Below, piece by piece: positions 6,741 through 14,688 of a stretch of 23,685 nt of DNA. The stretch's first letter is position 1. Each line of letters begins with the position of its first letter. Both the position numbers and the translations under genes were made by a program. Source of the stretch: Armatimonadota bacterium (GTDB lineage: Bacteria; Sysuimicrobiota; Sysuimicrobiia; Sysuimicrobiales; Humicultoraceae); contig JBQTJG010000519.1 of assembly GCA_052387355.1 (NCBI GenBank), forward strand, positions 1 through 23,685, read 5' to 3'. The notes under the pieces are model-generated. The model was not told the origin of the DNA. It did no database searches and was given only the letters and a program-made list of their open reading frames with translations.

Positions 6741-7685
6741 TCACAGCCTGGCAATGTTCCTGCGAGACGGTGGTGCGACGATCCGGTTTCGCAGGGTCCC
6801 GATCCCGTCGATTTCCGCCTCAACGACATCGCCGGCTTGAAGCCACGGCGGGGGGGTTCGTCCCATGGCGACGCCTTCGGGCGTGCCCGTTGCCAGGATG
6901 TCCCCGGGCTCTACCGTCATCCCGGCGGATAGCACGGAGAGCAACTGCGCGACCGTGAAGACCATACTGCGAGTGGAGGCGTCCTGCCGCACCTCGCCGT
7001 TGACGCGCATGCGCAACCGGAGATTCTGCGGATCGGGAATCGCCGACCGGTGGACGACGGCTGGACCCATCGGCGCGAACGTGTCGAGCGACTTGCCTTT
7101 GAACCACTGCTCGTGCCGCCGCTGCAGGTCGCGCGCCGTGACGTCGTTCATGATCGTGTAGCCAAACACGTGCTCGAGGGCGCGCTCGACAGGAATATCG
7201 CGCCCGCGCTTCCCGACGATGACGGCCAGCTCGACTTCATAATCCAGCGCCTGGGTGACTGCGTGATGGACCACCGGCGCCTCGGGTCCTACGACACACG
7301 TTGGCGGCTTGGTGAAGAACACCGGCACCGACGGCACGCTGCCGCCGCTCTCCTTGGCGTGTTCTGCGTAGTTGCGGCCCATGCAGAAGATGTTCTTCCG
7401 GGGCCGCGGGATCGGCGCCAGCAGGCGGGCCTCTGACAACGGGACGACGAGGCCCCGAGTCGTCCCTGCCTTGAGCAGCCGGCGACCAGTGGTGAGCGCC
7501 GCCCGCGCCTGCGCCAGGGTGCCGCGTTCGATGAATGAGACCAGATCATCGGGCGCATCAGTGGACGCGCGCCGGCGCTCCCCTCGGGCTGTCGTGCGCG
7601 CGGCCAGACGGGCCAGGGCGGCCATCATGAAGACGTGATCGCCTTCGAGGATGCCCAACCCGGTTTCCACGTTCACAAATCGCAT
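6741..7685 (-). CDS. Fumarylacetoacetate hydrolase (FAH) family protein (2-keto-4-pentenoate hydratase / HpcE-like)
   Basis: NIFCMGRNYAEHAKE, VFFTKPPTCVVGP, LDYEVELAVIVGKRGRDI, GYTIMNDVTARDLQ and TFAPMGP are the FAH-fold metal and substrate motifs. RBS AAGGAGGTG lies 4 nt before the ATG at 7685. Confidence 0.85.
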   Translation of the reverse strand: MRFVNVETGLGILEGDHVFMMAALARLAARTTARGERRRASTDAPDDLVSFIERGTLAQARAALTTGRRLLKAGTTRGLVVPLSEARLLAPIPRPRKNIFCMGRNYAEHAKESGGSVPSVPVFFTKPPTCVVGPEAPVVHHAVTQALDYEVELAVIVGKRGRDIPVERALEHVFGYTIMNDVTARDLQRRHEQWFKGKSLDTFAPMGPAVVHRSAIPDPQNLRLRMRVNGEVRQDASTRSMVFTVAQLLSVLSAGMTVEPGDILATGTPEGVAMGRTPPPWLQAGDVVEAEIDGIGTLRNRIVAPPSRRNIARL

Positions 7686-7716
7686 GCCACACCTCCTTGG
7701 CGGAGAAAGAGTTCCT

Positions 7717-7731
7717 CACAGGGTTCCCGTT
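7717..7731. promoter_or_regulatory. Second copy of the candidate operator motif (CACAGGGTTCCCGTT) in the divergent FAH / SBP-2 intergenic region
   Basis: See 5591-5605. This copy is 32 nt upstream of the FAH start (minus strand) and 100 nt upstream of the SBP-2 ATG (plus strand). Confidence 0.3.
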
Positions 7732-7830
7732 GTGGCCATGGTCTCCTGTCCGAGCAGGAATTCCGGCGCGGCGGTCGCATCACACATGCAGATGCGTGCG
7801 CTCCTGAGGTCTCCCGGAGGTGATTGTTTC

Positions 7831-9444
7831 ATGGAAGGGTACGAGGGACTTGATCTCCTGGTGAAGGGAATGATCGATCGCCGTACCTTCCTGAAGGGCG
7901 CCGGCGTGACGCTGCTCGCGCTCTCGCAGTTCGACCGCATCGCCATGGCGGCGCCGGGCGGACCGCCGAAGCCTGGCGGCGTCTTTGTCGTCGGCTCCGA
8001 TGTCAGCCCGCCGGGCCTCGATCCCGCCAAGTCGGCCGCGGCGCACACCTGGATGATCGCCGAGCACGTGTACGGCAATCTGTTGCGACGCAATCCGTTG
8101 AACAGACTCATCCCGGACCTGGCTGAGAGCTACGAAGTCGCCAACCCGACGACGTTCGTCTTCAAGCTGCGGAAAGGCGTGCAGTTCCATCACAACCGCG
8201 AGATGACGTCAGACGACGTGAAGTTCACGTTCGAGCGCATGATGGATCAGCGCACCGGCTCGCCGTGGCGCTCGATCTGGCTCATCATCGAGCGCATCGA
8301 GACGCCAGATAAGTACACGATCCGCTTCACGACGAGGCGGCCATTCGCGCCGTTCCTATCATACCTGGGCACGCCGCACTACTCGGCGATCGTGCCGCGG
8401 GACTTCGTCGAGAAGTCGGGCGACCTGCAGCAGCAGGCCTCGGGCACCGGGCCGTTCGTGCTCGAGCGGTTTGTCGCGGAGAACATCGTTGTCCTCAAGC
8501 GCAACCCCAACTACTACGAACGCGGGCTCCCCTACCTCGATGGGATCGAGTACCGGATCATTCCCGACGAAGCCGCGCGCCTGGCGGCGCTGCGGACCGG
8601 CAGCATCCACTACACGTGGTCGGCCGATCCGCTGGTCGACGAGCAGGTGAAGACGATGCCGGGCGTGGGTATCCTGCTGCCCAGAGGCTTCTGCGCGCAG
8701 CACACACTGGTCATGAACCAGACCAGGCCGCCGTTCAATGACGTGCGGGTCCGCCGTGCCGCCAGCCTGGGGATCAACCGGCGCGAGGTCATTCGTGCCG
8801 TGCTGCGGGGGAAGGGCGCGATCTCGACCAAGATCCCTCCGTGTGACGCGCCCTTCGGCTACAGCGGAGACGAGAAGGGCCTGCCGTACCACGAATACAA
8901 CCCGTCGCAGGCGCGGCAACTGCTGTCCGAGGCCGGACATCCCAACGGGGTCGACACCACGCTTGAGGTGCCGCCGCGATTCCCATTCACCGTGCGCACG
9001 GGCGAGGTCATGCGCGAGCAGTGGGCGCAGGCCGGCTTTCGCGTGACGCTGCGTCAGGGCGAGTGGGGGGCGTTGCTGACGGCGTTCGTCCGCACGACCT
9101 ACGAGGGCATGAGCATGATCCCGACGGTGTGGCAGCCCGATCCCGACGCCCACATGTTCGACATCTTCCACAGCGACTCGGCGATCAACCTGGGCAAGTT
9201 CCGCGATTCGTACGTCGACCAACTGCTCGATCAGGGACGAACGACGATCGAGCGGGACAAACGCATCGCGATCTACCAGCAGATGCAGCGCTACATCGCC
9301 GAGCAGGTGTACATGATCTGGCCCTACGCCTCCGGCGCCGTGGAGTTGATCCGCGATTTCGTGAAGGGCTACGTCTCGCTGCCGGGCGCGCAGCCCGGGA
9401 GCCGGAGCCGGCAGTACTTCAAGCAGGTGTGGCTGGACAAATAA
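7831..9444 (+). CDS. ABC transporter substrate-binding protein, family 5, with twin-arginine (Tat) signal peptide
   Basis: GGAGGTGA lies 6 nt before the ATG at 7831. MEGYEGLDLLVKGMIDRRTFLKGAGVTLLALSQFDRIAMAAP is a Tat motif (RRTFLK). The family-5 SBP core is FVFKLRKGVQFHHNREMTSDDVKFTFERM...NPNYYE. The upstream in-frame extension to 7651 has no RBS and overlaps the promoter. Confidence 0.9.
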   Translation: MEGYEGLDLLVKGMIDRRTFLKGAGVTLLALSQFDRIAMAAPGGPPKPGGVFVVGSDVSPPGLDPAKSAAAHTWMIAEHVYGNLLRRNPLNRLIPDLAESYEVANPTTFVFKLRKGVQFHHNREMTSDDVKFTFERMMDQRTGSPWRSIWLIIERIETPDKYTIRFTTRRPFAPFLSYLGTPHYSAIVPRDFVEKSGDLQQQASGTGPFVLERFVAENIVVLKRNPNYYERGLPYLDGIEYRIIPDEAARLAALRTGSIHYTWSADPLVDEQVKTMPGVGILLPRGFCAQHTLVMNQTRPPFNDVRVRRAASLGINRREVIRAVLRGKGAISTKIPPCDAPFGYSGDEKGLPYHEYNPSQARQLLSEAGHPNGVDTTLEVPPRFPFTVRTGEVMREQWAQAGFRVTLRQGEWGALLTAFVRTTYEGMSMIPTVWQPDPDAHMFDIFHSDSAINLGKFRDSYVDQLLDQGRTTIERDKRIAIYQQMQRYIAEQVYMIWPYASGAVELIRDFVKGYVSLPGAQPGSRSRQYFKQVWLDK

Positions 9445-9456
9445 CCGGCAGGCCCG

Positions 9457-10407
9457 ATGCGGGCGTACGTCGCCAAGCGATTGCTGCTGCTGATCCCGAC
9501 CCTCGTGGGGATCTCGGTGATCTCGTTCCTGATCATCCACATGATCCCCGGGGATCTGGTGACGATCCTGCTCGGCATCACGGCGAGCCAGAACGAGCAG
9601 AACCGGGAAGCGATCATCCGCGCCCTGCATCTCGACCGGCCGCTGATGGTCCAATACGTGTACTGGATCGGGGGCGTGCTCCGGGGCGACCTGGGCCGCT
9701 CGCTGGTCCACGGCGCGCCGGTGGCGGGTGAGATCCTGCGCGCGTTTCCGGTGACGGTGCAGTTGACGCTGATGTCGATGCTGATCGCCGTGGTGCTCGG
9801 CGTGCCGCTCGGCGTCCTGTCGGTCATGCGGGGAGGACGGGCGATCGACCCACTGGTCCGGACCGTGTCCCTGCTCTTCATCTCCGCGCCGGCGTTCTTC
9901 ATTGGCACCGTCCTGATCGTACTCGGCGCCCGGTACCTGCCGGGCGCGGTGGCGCTGGGCCACGTGCCGTTCTCGGACGCCCCGGCGCAGAGCGTGCTCC
10001 AGATGCTGCCGCCGGCGCTGGCGCTGGGCGCGGCGATCTCGGCCATTCTGCTCCGGTACACGCGGGCCAGCATGCTCGAGGTGCTGGGGGCCGAGTACGT
10101 ACGCACCGCGCGAGCCAAAGGGGCGGCCGAGACCCGGGTCGTCTACCGGCACGCCCTGGCGAACGCCCTGATCCCCGTCATCGCCGCCACCGGCATTCAA
10201 TTCGTGGCCCTGATCGGCGGCGCGGTGATCATCGAAGAAGTCTTTGCGCTGCCCGGCATCGGCCGTCTCGTGGTGAACGCCATCTTCCAGCGCGACTACA
10301 CGGTGATCCAGGGCGCGGTCGTGTTTCTCACGGCCAACGCCGTGCTCATCAATCTTGGCCTCGACCTGGTCTACCACGTGGTGGATCCGCGCATCGTCTA
10401 TGGCTAG
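9457..10407 (+). CDS. ABC transporter permease, DppB/OppB-like
   Basis: MRAYVAKRLLLLIPTLVGISVISFLIIHMIPGD, RTARAKGAAETRVVYRHALANALIPVI, and C-terminal VVDPRIVYG. It starts 12 nt after the SBP stop. Confidence 0.9.
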   Translation: MRAYVAKRLLLLIPTLVGISVISFLIIHMIPGDLVTILLGITASQNEQNREAIIRALHLDRPLMVQYVYWIGGVLRGDLGRSLVHGAPVAGEILRAFPVTVQLTLMSMLIAVVLGVPLGVLSVMRGGRAIDPLVRTVSLLFISAPAFFIGTVLIVLGARYLPGAVALGHVPFSDAPAQSVLQMLPPALALGAAISAILLRYTRASMLEVLGAEYVRTARAKGAAETRVVYRHALANALIPVIAATGIQFVALIGGAVIIEEVFALPGIGRLVVNAIFQRDYTVIQGAVVFLTANAVLINLGLDLVYHVVDPRIVYG

Positions 10408-11293
10408 GACGGCCACCGTCGGGCTGCACTGGCCGTCGGCAGCGCCGGGCCGCCGGTCGTCGACCTGGCTTCGCCTGTGGCGCAACTGGTCCGCGTCGGT
10501 GGGCGGAGCGATTATCGTGTTCCTGGTCGCCCTCGCCGTCTTCGCGCCTGCCTTCACGTCGAGGGCCCCCACCGATCTGCACTCAGGCTTCGAGATCAAG
10601 CCGCCATCAGCCACCTTCCCGTTTGGGACCGACGAGCTTGGGCGCGACATCTACACGCGGGTGATCTACGGCTCGCGCATCTCGCTCGGCGCCGCGATCG
10701 CCTCCGTGTCACTCGCTGCCGCGATCGGCGTGCCGCTCGGCGTGACGATCGGGTTTCTCGGCGGCGCCGTGGACCTGCTGGCGATGCGGCTGTTCGACAT
10801 CCTGTTTGCGTTCCCGGCCATCCTGCTGGCCATCGCTCTCGTCGCCGCCCTCGGGCCGAGCCTGCGCAACCTGATCCTGACGGTCGCCGTACTCACGGTG
10901 CCGCAGTTCGCCGTCATGGCGCGCGGGGCCACGCTGTCCGCCAGGCCGCTGGACTATGTACAGGCGGCGATCGCGTTAGGCGCCTCGACGCGGCGGGTCG
11001 TGTTCACGCATATCCTGCCGAACGTCGCTCCGCCGCTCATCGTCACCGCGACGCTCAATCTCTCGATTGTGATTCTGGTGGAAGCCGGGTTGAGCATTCT
11101 CGGTCTGGGCACACATCCGCCAACGCCGAGATGGGGCGGGATGATCAGCCGCGGGCGGCAGTACATGACGATCGCGTCGTGGCTTGTCGTCTTCCCGGGC
11201 CTGGCGATCATGCTGGCGGTGTTGGGGTTCAACCTGCTCGGCGACGGCCTGCGCGAGGTGCTCGACCCCAAGCTCCGCGGAGGAGGTGGCTAG
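10400..11293 (+). CDS. ABC transporter permease, DppC/OppC-like
   Basis: The ATG at 10400 overlaps the DppB stop (ATGGCTAG). MARTATV...WLRLWRNWSASVGGAIIVFLVALAVFAP, then FGTDELGRDIYTRVIYGSRISLGAAIASV and LFAFPAILLAIALVAALG. The ORF-track extension to 10355 is out-of-context overlap. Confidence 0.85.
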   Translation: MARTATVGLHWPSAAPGRRSSTWLRLWRNWSASVGGAIIVFLVALAVFAPAFTSRAPTDLHSGFEIKPPSATFPFGTDELGRDIYTRVIYGSRISLGAAIASVSLAAAIGVPLGVTIGFLGGAVDLLAMRLFDILFAFPAILLAIALVAALGPSLRNLILTVAVLTVPQFAVMARGATLSARPLDYVQAAIALGASTRRVVFTHILPNVAPPLIVTATLNLSIVILVEAGLSILGLGTHPPTPRWGGMISRGRQYMTIASWLVVFPGLAIMLAVLGFNLLGDGLREVLDPKLRGGGG

Positions 11294-11294
11294 G

Positions 11295-12125
11295 GTGAGA
11301 GTCGCAGCCATCCAGGCGCGACCCGTGTCGGTGGAGTTCGACGACATGTGGAGCGGCGCCGACATCGAGCATGCATGCGAGCTGCTCGAGACCGCCGCGC
11401 GGGCGGGCGCCGACTGCGCGTGCTTCCCTGAGCTCTACCCGCGGGTTGGTGAGGACGAGTTGCGCGCGGCGGCCCGGCGCCTGCGCATCCACGTCGTAGC
11501 AGGCCTGATCGAGGGCACGCGGGAGCGATGGTACAACACGGGGACGATTATCGACGCCGAGGGCCAGATCGTCGGCCGGCAGCGCAAGAACTTTCCCACC
11601 CAAGGAGAGATCGACGGCGGCGTCGTGCCCTGGAACGGTTACGACGTGTTCGAGACCACGATCGGCCGGCTGGGGATCGTGATCTGTTCGGACTTCGCAT
11701 TCTTCAAGGATGGCGTTGAGGGGCTCGCAGCTGGGGCCGCGGACATCATCTTCAATCCCTCATGGTGGTTTGCGCTGGGCGCCGCCTACCCGGCCACGGT
11801 CATCGGCCGGCACATGGAGTACGGTAAGCCCGTGATCGGCGTCGACATCGCCGCCTGTTCGCTGCTGCTGCGCAAGGACGGCCGAGTTGTCGAGCGGTTC
11901 CCCCGCGCCGGAGGCTACACGACGGTCTGCGTCCCGCCGCCGATCGGCGATCTGTCCGGGCTCGCCGAGTGGTTCCGCACCAAGCCCGGCGGGATCAACA
12001 CCAATGACGGCTACATCCAGACGCTCGGGGAGGATGAGGGCATCTTGTACGCGGACATCGATCTGGACGCGGTCCGCCGCTTCCCGGGCTACTTCTACCG
12101 TGCGGTGCAGCCCGCGACGCCCTAG
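11295..12125 (+). CDS. Carbon-nitrogen hydrolase (nitrilase/amidase superfamily) protein
   Basis: GTG at 11295 lies 5 nt after AGGAGGTG and 1 nt after the permease stop. The Glu-Lys-Cys triad is in context: CACFPELYP (Glu), GRQRKNFPT (Lys), GIVICSDFAF (Cys). ~276 aa. Confidence 0.8.
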   Translation: MRVAAIQARPVSVEFDDMWSGADIEHACELLETAARAGADCACFPELYPRVGEDELRAAARRLRIHVVAGLIEGTRERWYNTGTIIDAEGQIVGRQRKNFPTQGEIDGGVVPWNGYDVFETTIGRLGIVICSDFAFFKDGVEGLAAGAADIIFNPSWWFALGAAYPATVIGRHMEYGKPVIGVDIAACSLLLRKDGRVVERFPRAGGYTTVCVPPPIGDLSGLAEWFRTKPGGINTNDGYIQTLGEDEGILYADIDLDAVRRFPGYFYRAVQPATP

Positions 12126-12139
12126 CGAAGGAGCGAGGC

Positions 12140-13312
12140 ATGACCATCACCGCCGACTGGGAAACGGGACCCGCGTGGGAGGATCTGCGTGCCTACCGCG
12201 TGCAGCGCCTGACCGAAGGGATGCGGCGCCATCATCTCGACGCGATCCTGTACACGAAGCTCGACGCGGTTCGCTACGTGACGAGTTTCCGCCCCATCTA
12301 CAGCATGTGGTTCCACGGCACGCGGTACGCCGTGCTCTTGACCGCGGACGGGCAGACGACGTTCTTTGTCGCCAGCGGAGACATGGCGCGGATGACCCGG
12401 ACGATGCCGTGGATCACCGACGCGGTGCCGTTCCCATTCGTCTTCGCGGATGGCGTGCCGCTCATCGCCGACCGGATCCGGCGCCGCGGGCTTGGCGGTC
12501 GCATCGGCGTGGACCTCTTGCCGGTGGGCGCCCTGCGTGCGCTCGAGCAGGCGGTGCCCACTGTGCAGTTTGTCGACGGGCTGGAGGTCATCGACGACGC
12601 GCGGAAGATCAAGCATCCCATCGAGGTCGAGATGCTGCGTGCCGCGGCTGAGGTGGCCGACCTGGGAATGCAGGCGGCGATCCAGGCGGTCCGTCCCGGT
12701 GCGACTGAGATCGAGGTCTCCACAGCGGCGGCCTCAACGATGATGCTGGCGGGTTCCGAGGACATCCCATACTATCCGCTGGTGGCTTCAGGCGACAACG
12801 CTGTGCTCGGCTATCGCTTTCCGACGACGAAGCGCATTCGATCGGGCGAGATGGTCCGCATCGACTGCGGGGCGGCCATCATCAACGGCTATAACGGCGA
12901 CATCGCGCGCATCGCCTTTGCCGGGACACCGTCGGAGGAGCAGGTCCGCATCTACCGTGCGGTCTACGAAATGCTGCGGACCGGGGTGGACCGCCTGCGG
13001 CCCGGCGTACTCTCGACTGAGGTTGTCGACGCGGTTGCCGAGGTCTCGCAGCGCTGGGGCTACGAGAAATACACCTACTTCGGCATCCTGGGCCACGGGC
13101 TGGGGACCGATCTGCACGAGCCGCCGACGATCGGCGAGAAGGTGACGGGTGGCCGACCACCGGAGCGGCTCGAAGCGGGGATGGTAGTCGCGCTGGAGCC
13201 GGGCGTGCTCTTGCCGGGCGTCGGTGGCGGTCACCTTGAGGATGTCACACTGATCACCGACGGCGAGCCCCAGGTGCTGACCCGAACGCCGTTCCTGACA
13301 CAGTACCTGTAG
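12140..13312 (+). CDS. M24 family metallopeptidase (creatinase/prolidase/Xaa-Pro aminopeptidase-like amidohydrolase)
   Basis: RBS GAAGGAGCGAGG precedes the ATG. The N-terminal creatinase-like domain is followed by a pita-bread domain. Metal ligands are DCGAAIINGYNGDIARI (Asp/Asp), HGLGTDLHEPP (His), VVALEPGV (Glu) and GGGHLEDVTLIT (Glu). Confidence 0.85.
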   Translation: MTITADWETGPAWEDLRAYRVQRLTEGMRRHHLDAILYTKLDAVRYVTSFRPIYSMWFHGTRYAVLLTADGQTTFFVASGDMARMTRTMPWITDAVPFPFVFADGVPLIADRIRRRGLGGRIGVDLLPVGALRALEQAVPTVQFVDGLEVIDDARKIKHPIEVEMLRAAAEVADLGMQAAIQAVRPGATEIEVSTAAASTMMLAGSEDIPYYPLVASGDNAVLGYRFPTTKRIRSGEMVRIDCGAAIINGYNGDIARIAFAGTPSEEQVRIYRAVYEMLRTGVDRLRPGVLSTEVVDAVAEVSQRWGYEKYTYFGILGHGLGTDLHEPPTIGEKVTGGRPPERLEAGMVVALEPGVLLPGVGGGHLEDVTLITDGEPQVLTRTPFLTQYL

Positions 13313-13373
13313 ACCACCTGCCGGATTGCGCGACACTGGACGCTACGAACAGGCGAAACAAGAGGTGAAGGAG

Positions 13374-13709
13374 ATGGAAGGACGGATCTGGGATTCGGCC
13401 CAAGTCGTCGAAACGATCGATCAGTCGCCGCAGCAATTCCACCGGCTGCTCAGCCGTCCGGGCCTGGCCATCGGTGTGCTACGCGTCCGCCCGGGTGGCG
13501 TAGACACTCAGGGAGCGCACGATCAGGATGAGGTCTATGCGGTCGTGTCAGGCCGCGGGCTGCTGAGGTTAGGCGACGTCGACCACGCGGTTGCGCCGGG
13601 TTCGATCATCTTGGTGCCGAAGGGCGCGCAGCACCGGTTCCACGGCAACAAGGAGCTGCTGACCCTCGCCTACGTGCTTGTCCCGCCGGAACGGGCTGAG
13701 CCGTCATAG
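13374..13709 (+). CDS. Cupin-domain protein
   Basis: The ATG at 13374 is preceded by GAGGTGAAGGAG. The conserved-barrel pattern is GVLRVRPGG...HDQDEVYAVVSGRGLLRLGD...APGSIILVPKGAQHRF. The track's TTG start at 13326 is less likely. Confidence 0.6.
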   Translation: MEGRIWDSAQVVETIDQSPQQFHRLLSRPGLAIGVLRVRPGGVDTQGAHDQDEVYAVVSGRGLLRLGDVDHAVAPGSIILVPKGAQHRFHGNKELLTLAYVLVPPERAEPS

Positions 13710-13721
13710 GTTTCACCACAC

Positions 13722-13740
13722 GGGGTGGCGCCGCCGCCCC
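13722..13740 (+). terminator. Weak GC hairpin (7-bp stem including one G-U pair, no U-tract) after the cupin gene. Possible bidirectional terminator.
   Basis: GGGGTGG-cgccg-CCGCCCC is read at 13722-13740, 13 nt after the cupin stop. It sits between convergent genes. Confidence 0.2.
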
Positions 13741-13769
13741 TGCCGGCCGCGTTCCGGCCACGAAGGACC

Positions 13770-14681
13770 TCAGGCCGGCGTCAGTTCCTCCACGAGTGGC
13801 TCGATCCCCGCCCGGAGCAGCGTCTCTATATATTCCTGAGAGGAGATCTCCTCGGGCCGCTTTTCCAGGAGGGCCACCACGACGGCCTGAAGGACATTGG
13901 TGCCGAAGGACCGGCCGCCCATCGGTGCAAAATCGGCAATGAGCAGCCAGACGCCTCGCTTGCGCAACGCTTCGACATCTCCCGGAGTGATCGTCTGGGT
14001 GAGGATGATCTTACCGCGCAGATCAGTGGGCATGTGCCGCCGAATGTAGTGGAAGTCGCCGCCAATGACATGCGCCCAGGCGTAATACTGCTCGTGCCTG
14101 GGGATAATCTCTTCCTGGTGTTTGCCAACGGGGTACAGGAACCTGATGGGGATGTGCCTCAGGATCGGAAGCAGCATGGCAGCAGCCACCTTCACGACGG
14201 CGAGCGACCGCACAGGGATCGGCAGGCCCAGGGCGAACATGAAATCGCCAAAAATCACGTGTGCCCCACCATCGACGAGGGCCTGGGCCAACCCATACCG
14301 GCCGACTGCCGCGACCACCAGCGCGTTCTTGCCTCGAAACGAGATGCCCTTTCTGAGCGGAAGGTATTCGCTGATGAGCCAGCGCTCCCAGGCGTCTTTG
14401 AGCCCGCCACCATCCACGATCGGGGTCTTGGAGACCCCCCTGATCATCCGCGCCGCATCCCGAAGCAGGTACGCACGAGTTCCAACGGTCACGTAGAGAT
14501 CGAGGTTGGCGATGCCCAGGGCGTCCACCCTGCCGTCGAGTTCGCGCATGAGGGCGTTGGCTCGCGCGAGATCGCCATCGGTCCCGATCCGCTCGATCAC
14601 AATCCGCTGACCGAGGAGTTCGGTCTCGACTCGGTGGTCCCGCCCACTCGAGCCTGGACCGACGGACACGACGCGCTTCAT
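13770..14681 (-). CDS. Conserved hypothetical protein with unassigned family (~304 aa, soluble, Gly-rich N-terminus). Translationally coupled to the upstream STAND cyclase.
   Basis: The ATG at 14681 (MKRVVSVGPGSSGRD...) lies 7 nt downstream of the STAND gene's TGA stop. The long ORF with non-artefactual composition (GDFMFALG, IGGDFHYIRRHMP) argues for real coding. I cannot place it in a named family from sequence alone. Confidence 0.5.
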   Translation of the reverse strand: MKRVVSVGPGSSGRDHRVETELLGQRIVIERIGTDGDLARANALMRELDGRVDALGIANLDLYVTVGTRAYLLRDAARMIRGVSKTPIVDGGGLKDAWERWLISEYLPLRKGISFRGKNALVVAAVGRYGLAQALVDGGAHVIFGDFMFALGLPIPVRSLAVVKVAAAMLLPILRHIPIRFLYPVGKHQEEIIPRHEQYYAWAHVIGGDFHYIRRHMPTDLRGKIILTQTITPGDVEALRKRGVWLLIADFAPMGGRSFGTNVLQAVVVALLEKRPEEISSQEYIETLLRAGIEPLVEELTPA

Positions 14682-14688
14682 CCAGCCA

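Noticed and set aside
7651-7830. The 60-aa N-terminal extension of SBP-2 from the track, and likewise 17546-17665 for the carbamoyltransferase, 21944-22267 for the ThyX-like gene and 11184-11294 for the CN-hydrolase
   Set aside because: These extensions lack RBSs, overlap upstream genes or promoters, and precede internal starts that have strong SD sequences and canonical protein N-termini (Tat signal, MKVLGFSAFFHDS, and so on).
8359-10650. A 763-aa ORF on the minus strand spanning the SBP-2 / permease genes
   Set aside because: It is entirely antisense to three confidently identified ABC genes. Its R/D/H/Q/G-rich low-complexity translation is typical of stop-poor antisense frames in high-GC DNA. 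It has no recognisable domains and no RBS.
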